A DNA stretch of 54,848 nt from IMG/VR virus record IMGVR_UViG_3300027847_001048. The stretch is one strand, 5' to 3'. The notes below the pieces were generated by a model that worked only from the letters and a program-made list of their open reading frames with translations, made no database searches and had not been told where the DNA came from. The position numbers and the translations under genes were made by a program. This DNA is from an uncultured virus (IMG/VR IMGVR_UViG_3300027847_001048). Lineage: Duplodnaviria; Heunggongvirae; Uroviricota; Caudoviricetes. Below are positions 8,853 to 18,787 of the stretch, in pieces (the stretch's first letter is position 1; each line of letters begins with the position of its first letter).

Positions 8853-9926
8853 TTAGGTCACGTTTTTGCCATTGTTCAACCGGCTGAACACTTCTCGGCA
8901 AGTGAAGGTTGTCCACTCACCGTTCTCAACCATACCCGTATCGATCTGTAACTTACGCAAAGCTGCGTCTGACATACGACCCCAATCGCCATCCACGCCA
9001 TCGCCGTTCGGTCCAGACGTACCGAGCGAGTAGCCAAGATCCACCAGGGCTTGCTGGCGAGCCTTCTGGAAGTGGAAGGGAGTCCAGATGTCTTCGATGC
9101 TGTCGTCTTCATACACAGCACGCAGGTATTCGGCGAAGGGGAACCCCATCACGTCCTGCTTGTAGCCAGGGCATAGATCGTGGTGCCCATGCCAATGCTC
9201 TGGGAGGATGTGTGGGTGCGTCTCGATGACGTGTTGGCCGAGCTTGACGAGCATTGTCATCTGCTCATCGGGCCAAGGCTGAATCATCATACGCTGTCTG
9301 CCGTTGGTGGCATCCACAGGAATCCAATCCTTTGGATCAGAGCCATCAAACCCAACTTGAAGGTTCTTTCGAGCGTAGCCGATGTCTACGATCTCAATGC
9401 CGAGGGTCGTTCGGGCACCACTCCAACTGCTGTTTTTACGCTTTCCACCCAGGTAGTCGAGGGTCTGTCCCGCCCCGGCGTGCCAGGAACGGTTCTTCAT
9501 CGTCACGTATTGATCGATGCCTTCCTCGAACGACCGACCTACCGCCCAATGGCAGCTTGCGGCACCCTTTCGTAGAGCGTTGGCCCCACCCAGGATCTTG
9601 GTACAGAGAGCCAAGTCCTTGGTTGCGGTCCAATGCAACGTGACGCCTGCGGGCTTCTTATCCGTAACGGAAGTCCAACCTCGGCTCACCGCTTGTCCCT
9701 TCGCTAAAGGGATTAGATGATCTTCCCAGTCCAGTTCCCATTCCTTTATCTCAATCGGCTTTGAGGGAATGGTAGGGGGGTCTTCCTCAACGCCGGGTCC
9801 AGGCATTTGCCAATAGGTGTCCGATGCCTTCTGTTGAGGGGTATCGTTGATAGCATCTTCGACCGCTTTGCGTGCTTCCGCAGGCAGGAAGAGCTTGAGC
9901 AACCACATGATGAGCTTCTGAAACAT
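8853..9926 (-). CDS. N-acetylmuramoyl-L-alanine amidase (Amidase_2) with C-terminal peptidoglycan-binding domain; probable endolysin
   Basis: VTLHWTA, CHWAV, SWHAG, GIEI, GHHDL..KQD; C-terminal VDGDWG..S..AL..LQ; AAGGAG RBS before ATG 9926. Confidence 0.85.
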   Translation of the reverse strand: MFQKLIMWLLKLFLPAEARKAVEDAINDTPQQKASDTYWQMPGPGVEEDPPTIPSKPIEIKEWELDWEDHLIPLAKGQAVSRGWTSVTDKKPAGVTLHWTATKDLALCTKILGGANALRKGAASCHWAVGRSFEEGIDQYVTMKNRSWHAGAGQTLDYLGGKRKNSSWSGARTTLGIEIVDIGYARKNLQVGFDGSDPKDWIPVDATNGRQRMMIQPWPDEQMTMLVKLGQHVIETHPHILPEHWHGHHDLCPGYKQDVMGFPFAEYLRAVYEDDSIEDIWTPFHFQKARQQALVDLGYSLGTSGPNGDGVDGDWGRMSDAALRKLQIDTGMVENGEWTTFTCREVFSRLNNGKNVT

Positions 9927-9960
9927 ACTGGTCTCCTTCATTTGACCAAACTACCAGGAC

Positions 9961-9990
9961 TCTACCCATGATTTGCCTATAAGCGGCCCA
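9961..9990 (-). promoter_or_regulatory. class II promoter-like motif (variant)
   Basis: TG-N7-TAT-N13-GTAGA upstream of the amidase. Confidence 0.45.
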
Positions 9991-10038
9991 TGCCGAGCGA
10001 GAGACGCTCTGATACTTCAATGTGACCAAGGAGACTTC

Positions 10039-10245
10039 ATGTCATTCAAGACCCTTTGTGCAACGATCCTTTCAGTTTTCTTCCTGGCCTTCGCTGCCGG
10101 ATGTAGTGGTGACAAAGCCGATGATACGGGCGACACCGCATCGGTCGAGGACACCGCTGAAGCGGGTGACACCAGTGACACCAGCGATTCGGGTGACACG
10201 GGTGACACCAGCGAGCCTGGGGATGCCCCCGACTCTGGCGAATAG
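10039..10245 (+). CDS. small lipoprotein with DT(G/S) acidic repeats
   Basis: Signal peptide with lipobox FAAG-C; AAGGAG RBS. Confidence 0.75.
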   Translation: MSFKTLCATILSVFFLAFAAGCSGDKADDTGDTASVEDTAEAGDTSDTSDSGDTGDTSEPGDAPDSGE

Positions 10246-10276
10246 CTCCGAGCTTCTGCTCACGATGCTAACTCTG

Positions 10277-10310
10277 GAAGCCACCCCCATCTACGGGGTG
10301 GCTTCTTTCG
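10277..10310 (+). terminator. Rho-independent terminator
   Basis: GAAGCCACCCC-catctac-GGGGTGGCTTC-TTT. Confidence 0.75.
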
Positions 10311-10311
10311 T

Positions 10312-10340
10312 TAGTGCTTCAATAACTCTGCTTTGGGTGA
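10312..10340 (+). promoter_or_regulatory. class II promoter-like motif (variant)
   Basis: TA-N7-AAT-N12-GGTGA directly after the terminator. Confidence 0.4.
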
Positions 10341-10371
10341 GGACTGCCCACTCCCCTTGAAGGATGACGAT

Positions 10372-13300
10372 ATGAGCCTACGAGCCCAAACGATTCGACT
10401 TGCTTATGAAAACCCCGATCTTCGAGCGACCTTGCTCCCACTCTTGAAGAGAAAGGCGGGTCTGGAAGTAATGATGGCCGAGCTTCTTGCGGAGTCCAAA
10501 GTACCGAAGACTCCCAAAGGTATGCCTTCTGGAAAAGAGCTTGAGAAGGCTCTGGGTGATTTCGCAGAACACGTAGATAAGAAGGATGGGGGCAAGGAAG
10601 AGAAGAAGGCACGTCGGCTGGCGTTCCTCCGTCGTCTCGCTATGGAGCATCCCAGCGAAAAGGCGATGAAGGAGTACCTCAAAGAGCATCCTGGGGCCGA
10701 TGCGAAGAAGCACACCGTTTCCGAAAGCGGTGGCGGTGCTGGTGCTGGTCCCGACTACACAGATGCAAAGGCCGTGGCGGCTCACGCAGAGAAACTTACG
10801 GCAGACGCATCAAAGAAGTTCGAGGCAGGGACAGCTACGGCTCAAGACATCTTCGATATGTCGGTCTTCGCTGCAATCTCCCAGTTCGAGCAGATGAGCA
10901 AGATGGAGAAGGAGAAGGCTTCGGGCACCTATCGCCAACGGCTCGTCAACTTCACCCAGCAGGTTGGTCTCAATACTTTCGCAGAGATCGCAGAAGTGCT
11001 GGACTCCGTGAAGGGTATGGGCATGGAAGAACTGGAGAAGAGCGGGATGGACCTGGAGGGGATGGGGGTCATCTCTCAAGCCATGTCGGTCATGGTTGCT
11101 CACTACGGCACAGACGAGTTGCAGGTTCCTTCTGGATACTCCGTAGAGTCACCCGGTTCTCGCATGAAGGGTGGCAAACCCGCCGAGAAGAAAGAAGAGA
11201 AGTCCGAGAAGAAGGAAAAGAAAGAGAAGCCGAAGGCCAAGCCCTCTGGGAAGGCCAAGGGCCAAGCGGCTGGCGACATCCTCGCTACTCTCATCGGCCA
11301 TGAGAAGTTCGATGACATCGACGAGGCTGACGTGAAAGCTCTCGTTGAGAGCGGCCAATCAATCGATGACTGGCTTGGAGATATTGCGAAGGGGATCATC
11401 GAAAAGAACCCCCATATGGAGAAAAAGGTAGCGGACAACTTTGGAGAGATACGGGAGGCTATGGGCCTTCCCAAGACTCCCGAGAAAGAAGAGAAGTCCG
11501 AGAAGAAGCAGAAGGGCGGTCCCAAGAAGGAGAAGTCCAAGGCTGAACTCATCAAGGACTACAAGGAAGCCATCCAGAAGTCGGATATGGCCCCCGAGGA
11601 CAAGAAGAAGGCTCTGGAACAGGCCAAGAAGCCGAACTTCGATCCAGAAGCCGCACTCGGCGCTATGGGCGATGACGACGAAGAGGGGGGCAAGCAGGCT
11701 TCCCTGCGTGGCCGAGCCATCAAGCTCGCCCACCGACATCCCGAGCTACGGGCTGATCTACTGCGGTTGCTGACAGCCGCCGACATCGACGTGGGGAGTC
11801 CCCGCCATCTGGACGCTCTTCAGAATGGAATCAAGGATGTCAAAAGCCAGATCAAGCGGCAAGACCAGATGGTCAAAGTCCTGTCGGACATCGCCTCCCC
11901 CTTGGGGCCGAAGGCTGTCGAGATCTATGTCAGGAAGGAAAAGGCGCACTTGGATGGCAGGAAGCAACTTCTGAAGGCTCTTGAAGCGGAGTTGAAGGAC
12001 GCCAAGTCCAAGAAGAAGGCTGACTTCGATCCAGAGAACGTCGGTGCCGAATCAGATGGTCCTCTCAAGAGCGAGAGCGATGAAGCCGCCTACATGGAGC
12101 CTAACTTCTCTGCCCAGATCTTCCGTGAGCTATCCGACCGCCAAGAGGCTGGTCAGCTTTCGGACGGTAAAGGCATCACCGAACAACGTGACCCACAGCC
12201 GGGTCGCAAGGGCATTACCGCTATGAACCTCCGCACTGCCGCAATCAAGCTGGCTTATGAGAATCCCGAGCTTCGAGCCAAGATCCTCCCACTGCTGAAG
12301 ACTCTTGATAAGTCTGCGGGGCGCAACCCTTTTCCCGATCTGAAACGATACTTTCGTGGAGCAGTTCAAGCGGCCTTCCCCGGTCCTTATGACCCCAAGG
12401 CCCGGGATGTTATTGGGGGCAAGGACACCCTTTCCTATTGGACCTCCATGTTTGGGGACTCGCCTGCCGGGTGGTCCAAGTACACAGACATCGCCATCAT
12501 CGCAGGTGATGACGGTGAATCCCTCGATATGGTTTACAGGCAAAACGCCAGCCGCCCCGACGCTAAAGAGGGTTGGTACTGGGGTGCCGGAGCGCCTGGG
12601 ATTGGGCCGTGGCTTGATAGCCGAGGCAAACGGCTTGCTTCGTTCGCCAAGCTCGCCCATGAGCCTTACTTGAAGCGTGAAGGTCTTACCAAGTCCAAGG
12701 TTGGTGCTGGTGAGGCACATATGTTCTACCTCATCGACGCAGAGAAGAATAACTCCAAGTTCTACGAGGTCTTGGTGGTCGAGAACCCCCAAGGCTCTGG
12801 CTACTACGATGTCATGCGACGTTGGGGTGCCCTGACGGACCGTGGTGCTGGTGGTCGTGTTGACGGCGAGAAGTACGATACGGACCCCCGATTCTCTGGG
12901 CTGTCCTACCGTGAAGCCATCAAGAACGCTGCTGGTCACGCCAAGAAGCGGCTCGGCAAGAAGCCTCCGTACATCAGTGCCTATGGGCCGAAGCACATCA
13001 ACCCGACCACAGGTAAGAAGCTCCCGATGGGGCAGTACCCAATCGGTCTGGTCCGTGGTAACGCTGGTTTCGGTTGGGGAAGCCAAGCGGTGACTTCGTG
13101 CCTCCCTGGTCTACGACAACTCCAAGAATCGATCCAACGTGCCATCTCCGAGGCAGTGGACCGAGACACAGTTGATCTAATCAACGCTCTTCAAGAAGCA
13201 AATAGTGTCGTCGGCCATCAGATTGCACGGGCTGACAGCACAATGGCCGGGAAGATCCAGAAGCTCATCCGTGGCCCGATGATGCGAGCCAAGGGTGCTC

Positions 13301-13395
13301 CCCGATTCCTGCCTGACGCAGACGGGACCAAGATCACCAAGGAGCTTCGTACTCTGGATCGTTATCTCACGAAGCAAATGGCCTACTGTGGGTGA
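10372..13395 (+). CDS. large multi-module protein with three copies of tag B and a C-terminal WGR domain; putative virion internal polyprotein
   Basis: IRLAYENPDLR, IKLAHRHPELR, IKLAYENPELR; K/E-rich linkers; YLIDAEKNNSKFYEV..V.RRWG (WGR). Confidence 0.8.
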   Translation: MSLRAQTIRLAYENPDLRATLLPLLKRKAGLEVMMAELLAESKVPKTPKGMPSGKELEKALGDFAEHVDKKDGGKEEKKARRLAFLRRLAMEHPSEKAMKEYLKEHPGADAKKHTVSESGGGAGAGPDYTDAKAVAAHAEKLTADASKKFEAGTATAQDIFDMSVFAAISQFEQMSKMEKEKASGTYRQRLVNFTQQVGLNTFAEIAEVLDSVKGMGMEELEKSGMDLEGMGVISQAMSVMVAHYGTDELQVPSGYSVESPGSRMKGGKPAEKKEEKSEKKEKKEKPKAKPSGKAKGQAAGDILATLIGHEKFDDIDEADVKALVESGQSIDDWLGDIAKGIIEKNPHMEKKVADNFGEIREAMGLPKTPEKEEKSEKKQKGGPKKEKSKAELIKDYKEAIQKSDMAPEDKKKALEQAKKPNFDPEAALGAMGDDDEEGGKQASLRGRAIKLAHRHPELRADLLRLLTAADIDVGSPRHLDALQNGIKDVKSQIKRQDQMVKVLSDIASPLGPKAVEIYVRKEKAHLDGRKQLLKALEAELKDAKSKKKADFDPENVGAESDGPLKSESDEAAYMEPNFSAQIFRELSDRQEAGQLSDGKGITEQRDPQPGRKGITAMNLRTAAIKLAYENPELRAKILPLLKTLDKSAGRNPFPDLKRYFRGAVQAAFPGPYDPKARDVIGGKDTLSYWTSMFGDSPAGWSKYTDIAIIAGDDGESLDMVYRQNASRPDAKEGWYWGAGAPGIGPWLDSRGKRLASFAKLAHEPYLKREGLTKSKVGAGEAHMFYLIDAEKNNSKFYEVLVVENPQGSGYYDVMRRWGALTDRGAGGRVDGEKYDTDPRFSGLSYREAIKNAAGHAKKRLGKKPPYISAYGPKHINPTTGKKLPMGQYPIGLVRGNAGFGWGSQAVTSCLPGLRQLQESIQRAISEAVDRDTVDLINALQEANSVVGHQIARADSTMAGKIQKLIRGPMMRAKGAPRFLPDADGTKITKELRTLDRYLTKQMAYCG

Positions 13396-14396
13396 TGCCC
13401 AATGGAACGATCATGCCTCACACATTCCTCAAGCGATTAGCGATCCGACATGCGGAGAAGACTTCGTGCCTTGCGCTTGCCGGTGAGTTTGGTGGGGACG
13501 TTTGCCTGGGAAAGAACCGGGATCGTAACTATGTCCCACCGCTTTCAGTCAACCACCTTGAGGTAGACGGCACCGAGGTCTGTATTCTTCTTGATCACTT
13601 CACCCAATGGGTCGAAGGGATGAACGAGCATGGGGTTGGATTCGTAAACTCAACCCTCGACGGACGTGCTGACGAGAGCGAAAAGGACAGGATCGAGGAA
13701 GACAGGCACATCCCTGTCGGACCACGACTACTACGAGCACTCGCTCTAAAGACTCCCCGAGAGATGGCCGAGCAGATTGGCAACGTCATTGAGTTGGAGG
13801 GTCAATCGTTCGTAGGCAACGCCGAGGAAATCTATTGGATTGAGAAGTCCCCCTGGACTCCCGCACAGATCATTCGACTCGATCCCAAAAACTACGAAGT
13901 CCGGTCTAACAATGGCGTGATCGATCCCAATGCCGGGTACACGGATGGCCGCCCGGGTGCTGGATCAGTCGCCCGGGGTGAGTTGGCCTGGACGGCGCTC
14001 CGAGAAGTGGATGACCCCCTGGAGATCATGCCAGCGTTAGCGCACCGCCCCCACGGTCAGTACAGCGACTACAACGCCTTTAGGGACGCCCCAACGGCGA
14101 AGACGTTGCGAACCCAGTCCCAGATGGTCTGCAACCTGACCCAGAAGGAGATTCTTCTCTACCTCTGTCCCGGCAAGATTGATTGGCATGGGGTGAGAAA
14201 CCAACTCGGGCGTGAACCCAAGATCAAGGTGCGTGTCTTCGAGTACGACGAGACAGACCCGATCAACCCTTCGTCGAGCCTCGTTTCAGACAACTACCTC
14301 AAGGGGAAGACCTCCAAGGGTTTGACAGCTTCCGATGATGACATCGTTGAAGCCCTCATGGCCCATAGATTTATCTCCCGATATTCCAAGGCGTAG
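13395..14396 (+). CDS. Ntn-hydrolase (Cys nucleophile, peptidase C45/C59-like) with tagged propeptide
   Basis: KTS|CLALAG..GKNRD..EGMNEHGV..N; TGATG overlap with the upstream gene. Confidence 0.75.
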   Translation: MPNGTIMPHTFLKRLAIRHAEKTSCLALAGEFGGDVCLGKNRDRNYVPPLSVNHLEVDGTEVCILLDHFTQWVEGMNEHGVGFVNSTLDGRADESEKDRIEEDRHIPVGPRLLRALALKTPREMAEQIGNVIELEGQSFVGNAEEIYWIEKSPWTPAQIIRLDPKNYEVRSNNGVIDPNAGYTDGRPGAGSVARGELAWTALREVDDPLEIMPALAHRPHGQYSDYNAFRDAPTAKTLRTQSQMVCNLTQKEILLYLCPGKIDWHGVRNQLGREPKIKVRVFEYDETDPINPSSSLVSDNYLKGKTSKGLTASDDDIVEALMAHRFISRYSKA

Positions 14397-14398
14397 GG

Positions 14399-17300
14399 AT
14401 GATGAAGGAGCCGAGCCATGAGCTTTTGGCGGTCCGCATCGCTACCCGACACGGGGAGCGACGTGTTGCCCGAGAGATCAAAGCTAAAGATTCTTCAGTC
14501 CAGATCAAAAAGTACGTTCGTTTTTCTGATCTGTTGTCGAAGACAACCAAACATATCCTCCACATGGTCAAAGGTGGGCAGGACTACCTTGGGACAGTTG
14601 TGACGGGTTCATCCTTGAGCCTCGACATCAAACGTCGTGGTTCGTCTTCTGAAGTAGCCCGAGCCTTCAAGCTGGAGATTGCAAACACCCTAAAGGACGT
14701 TGGGCACAGGGACGGCATGTACGAGCCTGTCATGGAGGCAGACAAGCCAGATAACAAGGCCCAGCAAGCCGTAGAGGGGCTACTGCACCCGATATGGGGG
14801 ATTGGACCCGATTGGGAAGACACCGCAGAGGTCGAAGAAGACTTGGAGCAGCAAGACTTCCACAAGCTCTTGGAGAAGCAGCTTCGGAGTTGGAAGGGGT
14901 CGAGCAACGGATTGCTCGTCACCAATCACGGCTACTGGCCTACGTTTCATGCGATGGTTCGTGAGGCCGTGAAACGTAAGTACGGGGGAAGGGTCCGAGC
15001 TTACAGAGGGATTCGTGGGAAACAAGCCTTGGGTATCTTGGAAGGTGCCCCCGTAAAGGTCCGCAGGGTCAGTTCGTGGGCCATTGATAAAGAAGCTGCT
15101 ATGGCATACCGAAGTGGGGTCTCCACCACCGTGGGGTCTGACTACTGGGTTGTCGTTGAAGCCATGTTCAAGCCGAAGGACATCGCTTTGGCTCCGGTGA
15201 TCCTGCCTGACTACCAAGATCCAAACATTCTTATGGAGTTAGGTCAGGACGTACAACACTCTGGGGATGAGGTCATAGTAATGTCCTCTGGAAAGATCAA
15301 CGCCAAGATAGTCTCCAAGAGCCGCAAGAAACGAGCATGGGACAAGGCAGCCAAGGCGTTCAATCTGAACGTCGGTGATCCAGTCCTCTACGGCAAGTAC
15401 AAGAACAAACGAGGCGTCATCGTTGGCTTCGGAGAAGACGAGAAGAAGAACCCGCTCGTCTACGTTGATCCAGTCCCCAAGGGGCTGAAGCACACCAAGG
15501 CCATCCAGCTATTCCGTCTCTGGTACGACAGCAGCAAAGACGAGGAAGCCGAAGCAGCCGAGCAGGCCAAGACTTTCTCGTCTCAAAGAGTTGCTGGCCG
15601 TTATGCAGCATGGAAGCTCGGGCCTAATCAACCGCTTGGCGAGTGGGATGGCACCAAGGTCAAGTACAGAACCCAGATGGGCTCTAACAAAGCGGGTGTG
15701 GTCGTCTATTACAGTCAGAAGAAGATCGGGAAAATCTGGGCGATGACGGAATACTCCACCGAGATTGCCAAAGGGAAGCTGCACTGTCAGTCCGATGTGG
15801 ACAAGTTGACTGCGAAGCACCCCCAAGTGGTGACCCCCAACGGAGCCTACCTTGGGAAAGACGAAAACGGTGACCCCATCCGAGTAGATATCCCCCGTGT
15901 TTGGGCTGCGGTTGGGTCTGTTGTGATGGATGAGTACCACGGCCAACGTATCGGTCTGAATATGTACCAAGCAATAATGCTTGAGATCTTCAAGAAGATC
16001 GGTCCGTTCATTTTCATTTCAGATGGCTGTGGATCAACCGGATCGACCTCGGCTCAAGCCAAGAGGGTCTGGGAATCCCTCTCCAGATCGATGCCCTCCA
16101 GCGGTATTTGCCTTGCTGTGTTGAAGCCCCCCAGATTACGGGTGGATAAGACTTCACACATCGCCCCTAAAGACATACATGAGGAAGCCGATTCGGTGGG
16201 GGTGACATGGGATAATGACCCCGGCTTCATGGCGTGGACCAAGAAGCTGACGGGGAAGGAGCACCTCGACGACATGAACCAGCAACAGCTATCCACAGTG
16301 ATGAAGGCTCTGGGTCGGCGTTCGGCATCCAACTACAAGCAAGCCGAAGTAAATCAACTGAAAAAAGACAGGAAGGCCCAGGAGAAGCACGTCAAGGCCG
16401 CTGCCAGAGCGTTCAAGGCTCTGCTCAAAGAGGTCGAGCCTCTCGCCCAAGCTGCCAAGGCCGAGTTCCCGGGTCGGGATAAGCAAAGTCGCCAACGGCG
16501 TGGCCGTTCGATGATGAAGAAGATCAAGACCGATGCAAGAGTGGCCGCCTATCTGGATCAATGGGTCGGTACAACCAACCACCAAAGAGAGACATACAGT
16601 TGGCGCAACGCAGTGCTCTACCAGATTCGTGATGTGTCCGTGGGCGGCGGGTCAGTACGTGACGCTCTCATCGAGGTGGGCAAACAAGCGTTCAAGGGAT
16701 TCCAGGCGATGGCGATGGCCGAAAGCCAGGGCGCTGTTCGAGAGGCTCTGCCGGAAGAGATCCGTGCCTACCTGCCGAAGAACATTGTGGTCGAGGTAGA
16801 TGATACGGGCCTCATTACTCGCATGGCCGACCGCTTCGAGAACCAACGGAACACGTTGGAACAGAAGATCAAGGTCTCGCATGATCTGGTTCGGCGCTAC
16901 AACGTCATCGCCAAGTCCGTGAAGGCCGACCTTCGTAGCTCGAATGAGATCACCAAGCTCGCAGCGATCATCACGTCTATCGTCATGGAGACCGGCATCC
17001 GACCCGGCAAGGAGGGGAACGGTGTGGTCAAGACCATCGATGGAAACGATGTCCACATCGAGACGTTTGGTGCCGTGACGTTGGGGCCAGAGCATGTCCG
17101 ATTCGTTCGGGACAACTTTGTTGACCTGGAGTTCCCCGGCAAGAAGAACACGACCAATCTTGCGTCTGTGACCAATGGTGAAGTGATTGGGATCTTGAAG
17201 GAGTACGTGAACACCGCCATCAAGGGTAAATCCAAGTACATCTTCGTCACGTCCAAGGGAGTCCGGTTCGAGGTCAAGCACCTTCAGAAATACTTTAGAT

Positions 17301-17797
17301 CCGAGGTCTTGTCTGGCATCGCTCCGACTGACTTCCGTAAGCTCAAGGCCACACAGACTGTGTTGGATAACCTTCGAGCCGAGCAGACAGAGCTATACGC
17401 CCGTATCCGTCAGTACGTTGACGACAAGGCAGATGACCTCAAATCGAAAGTCACGGCAGAGATCGTTGAGACTCTCCAACGGGCCTACGAAAACGCACAG
17501 CAGGCCCTCTCCCATAAGAACGTGTCGGAGACCATTGAGTCTTACGTCAACCCAGAGATCATCTTCCGCTTCTTGAGTCAGGGTCGGCTTGAAGACACCT
17601 TGAAGAAATCAATCCTCCAGGGTCAGTTGGCGTTGGAGTTCAACCCGCAGATCTTCATCGACCGAGCGACCGGCAAATCGGCTGCGTCTGCCTTGGTTGG
17701 GAGAGAAGCCTTTGAGATCATGGCGAAGACTCTCCAAGACCTGCTTGATGAGCTTGAAGAGACGATGAAGGAAGAGGGACAGGCTACGCCGAGGTAG
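14399..17797 (+). CDS. polyvalent protein: ADP-ribosyltransferase-like + SH3/KOW-like + GNAT-like + type IB DNA topoisomerase
   Basis: ART: YRG..SSW..DEVIV; GNAT: EYHGQRIGLNMY..SAQAKRVW; TopIB catalytic set: GIRPG, FPGKK, DFRK, LSH, SYVNP. Confidence 0.85.
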   Translation: MMKEPSHELLAVRIATRHGERRVAREIKAKDSSVQIKKYVRFSDLLSKTTKHILHMVKGGQDYLGTVVTGSSLSLDIKRRGSSSEVARAFKLEIANTLKDVGHRDGMYEPVMEADKPDNKAQQAVEGLLHPIWGIGPDWEDTAEVEEDLEQQDFHKLLEKQLRSWKGSSNGLLVTNHGYWPTFHAMVREAVKRKYGGRVRAYRGIRGKQALGILEGAPVKVRRVSSWAIDKEAAMAYRSGVSTTVGSDYWVVVEAMFKPKDIALAPVILPDYQDPNILMELGQDVQHSGDEVIVMSSGKINAKIVSKSRKKRAWDKAAKAFNLNVGDPVLYGKYKNKRGVIVGFGEDEKKNPLVYVDPVPKGLKHTKAIQLFRLWYDSSKDEEAEAAEQAKTFSSQRVAGRYAAWKLGPNQPLGEWDGTKVKYRTQMGSNKAGVVVYYSQKKIGKIWAMTEYSTEIAKGKLHCQSDVDKLTAKHPQVVTPNGAYLGKDENGDPIRVDIPRVWAAVGSVVMDEYHGQRIGLNMYQAIMLEIFKKIGPFIFISDGCGSTGSTSAQAKRVWESLSRSMPSSGICLAVLKPPRLRVDKTSHIAPKDIHEEADSVGVTWDNDPGFMAWTKKLTGKEHLDDMNQQQLSTVMKALGRRSASNYKQAEVNQLKKDRKAQEKHVKAAARAFKALLKEVEPLAQAAKAEFPGRDKQSRQRRGRSMMKKIKTDARVAAYLDQWVGTTNHQRETYSWRNAVLYQIRDVSVGGGSVRDALIEVGKQAFKGFQAMAMAESQGAVREALPEEIRAYLPKNIVVEVDDTGLITRMADRFENQRNTLEQKIKVSHDLVRRYNVIAKSVKADLRSSNEITKLAAIITSIVMETGIRPGKEGNGVVKTIDGNDVHIETFGAVTLGPEHVRFVRDNFVDLEFPGKKNTTNLASVTNGEVIGILKEYVNTAIKGKSKYIFVTSKGVRFEVKHLQKYFRSEVLSGIAPTDFRKLKATQTVLDNLRAEQTELYARIRQYVDDKADDLKSKVTAEIVETLQRAYENAQQALSHKNVSETIESYVNPEIIFRFLSQGRLEDTLKKSILQGQLALEFNPQIFIDRATGKSAASALVGREAFEIMAKTLQDLLDELEETMKEEGQATPR

Positions 17798-18041
17798 TAC
17801 CCTTCGTTGAGTGCCCAACGTACAGCACACTACTTTGGGTGTTATCCTCGATCTCCCCGTCTATTGAAATAGCAAGTTCTTCACCGTTGGATGCCCAATC
17901 TATATCCCACTCATTAGCCATAAGATGCTCGTACAGATTTCCAGCCCCCGGCTTTTCCAACGTGGGTCGGATGTACTTTACTATCGCCTCTTTCAACTCA
18001 GGGATCGTCAGATAGATCGTCTTGAGATTTGTTGTTCTCAT
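17784..18041 (-). CDS. hypothetical protein
   Basis: 85-aa ORF in an AT-richer block. Confidence 0.6.
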   Translation of the reverse strand: MRTTNLKTIYLTIPELKEAIVKYIRPTLEKPGAGNLYEHLMANEWDIDWASNGEELAISIDGEIEDNTQSSVLYVGHSTKGTTSA

Positions 18042-18261
18042 CGTTGATCCTGTTCGATAGGCTATCGAACAGGATCTCCTGTTCGATAGCAGCTATTATG
18101 GCCGCATGTATGACATTCTGGAATCTGGAATGGCTCCAGCGTTTCAGTCCTTGAGACTTCTTGAACCATTCCTTGAACTCATCATCCACATCAAAGACAA
18201 GGTTCCACGACCCGTCTTCGTTTTGGATTTCTTCCACTAACTCAAACTTTCCCAACATCTT
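17998..18261 (-). CDS. hypothetical protein
   Basis: MLGKFELVEEI.. ORF; start uncertain. Confidence 0.55.
   Translation of the reverse strand, partial: KMLGKFELVEEIQNEDGSWNLVFDVDDEFKEWFKKSQGLKRWSHSRFQNVIHAAIIAAIEQEILFDSLSNRINDENNKSQDDLSDDP
18046..18090. repeat. inverted triplication of TCCTGTTCGATAG (A, A', A)
   Basis: Forward 18048-18060, reverse 18062-18074, forward 18077-18089. Confidence 0.9.
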
Positions 18262-18787
18262 CCTTTGCATCCCAATGCCAAAAGTTGTCTTCGTCGGGGG
18301 TGAACACCCCGTTCTCATAGAACCACTTGTTCGGGCCGTCCCGTTGCACGTCTTCGTGGGCGTGTTCCAACTCTTTCATTGAGTGGATGTGGGCCTTACA
18401 GAACGAAGACCAGTTGCCCTCTTCGTTTTGGAACAGTTCGACCAGTTCGTATTCATCGTCTTCGGAGTCAGTCTCATCTTTGAGGACGAGGATCAACCCG
18501 TATTTCCAAGTGAACAATGTGATCCTCCCGTGGGATGGGGTTTTAGGATTCTTTGTCAGATTCGATAGGGTAAACCCTTTATGCCCGCCCCAATCCTCAC
18601 AAATCTCTGTATCTTCCCACTCAAGCTCGTCACCGATCTCCCAACCGAGTTGTTCCAGTAGTTTGTCTGGTAATCGGATACAGAGTTCCCCCACACCCCT
18701 ATCAGGGTCGGTGGCATCCAGGTGTTCAACCTTTACGGTCCACGCCTGTATCCCATCATTAGGAACTTTATCTTCCGGTTTCTTCAT
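18242..18787 (-). CDS. protein with AbrB/MazE-like DNA-binding domain
   Basis: GELCIRLPDKLLEQLGWEIGDELEW. Confidence 0.65.
   Translation of the reverse strand: MKKPEDKVPNDGIQAWTVKVEHLDATDPDRGVGELCIRLPDKLLEQLGWEIGDELEWEDTEICEDWGGHKGFTLSNLTKNPKTPSHGRITLFTWKYGLILVLKDETDSEDDEYELVELFQNEEGNWSSFCKAHIHSMKELEHAHEDVQRDGPNKWFYENGVFTPDEDNFWHWDAKEDVGKV

Noticed and set aside
16950..17600. Tyrosine recombinase/integrase
   Set aside because: The R-K-R-H-Y arrangement (GIRPG, FPGKK, DFR, LSH, SYVNP) fits topoisomerase IB. There is no HxxR motif or att context.
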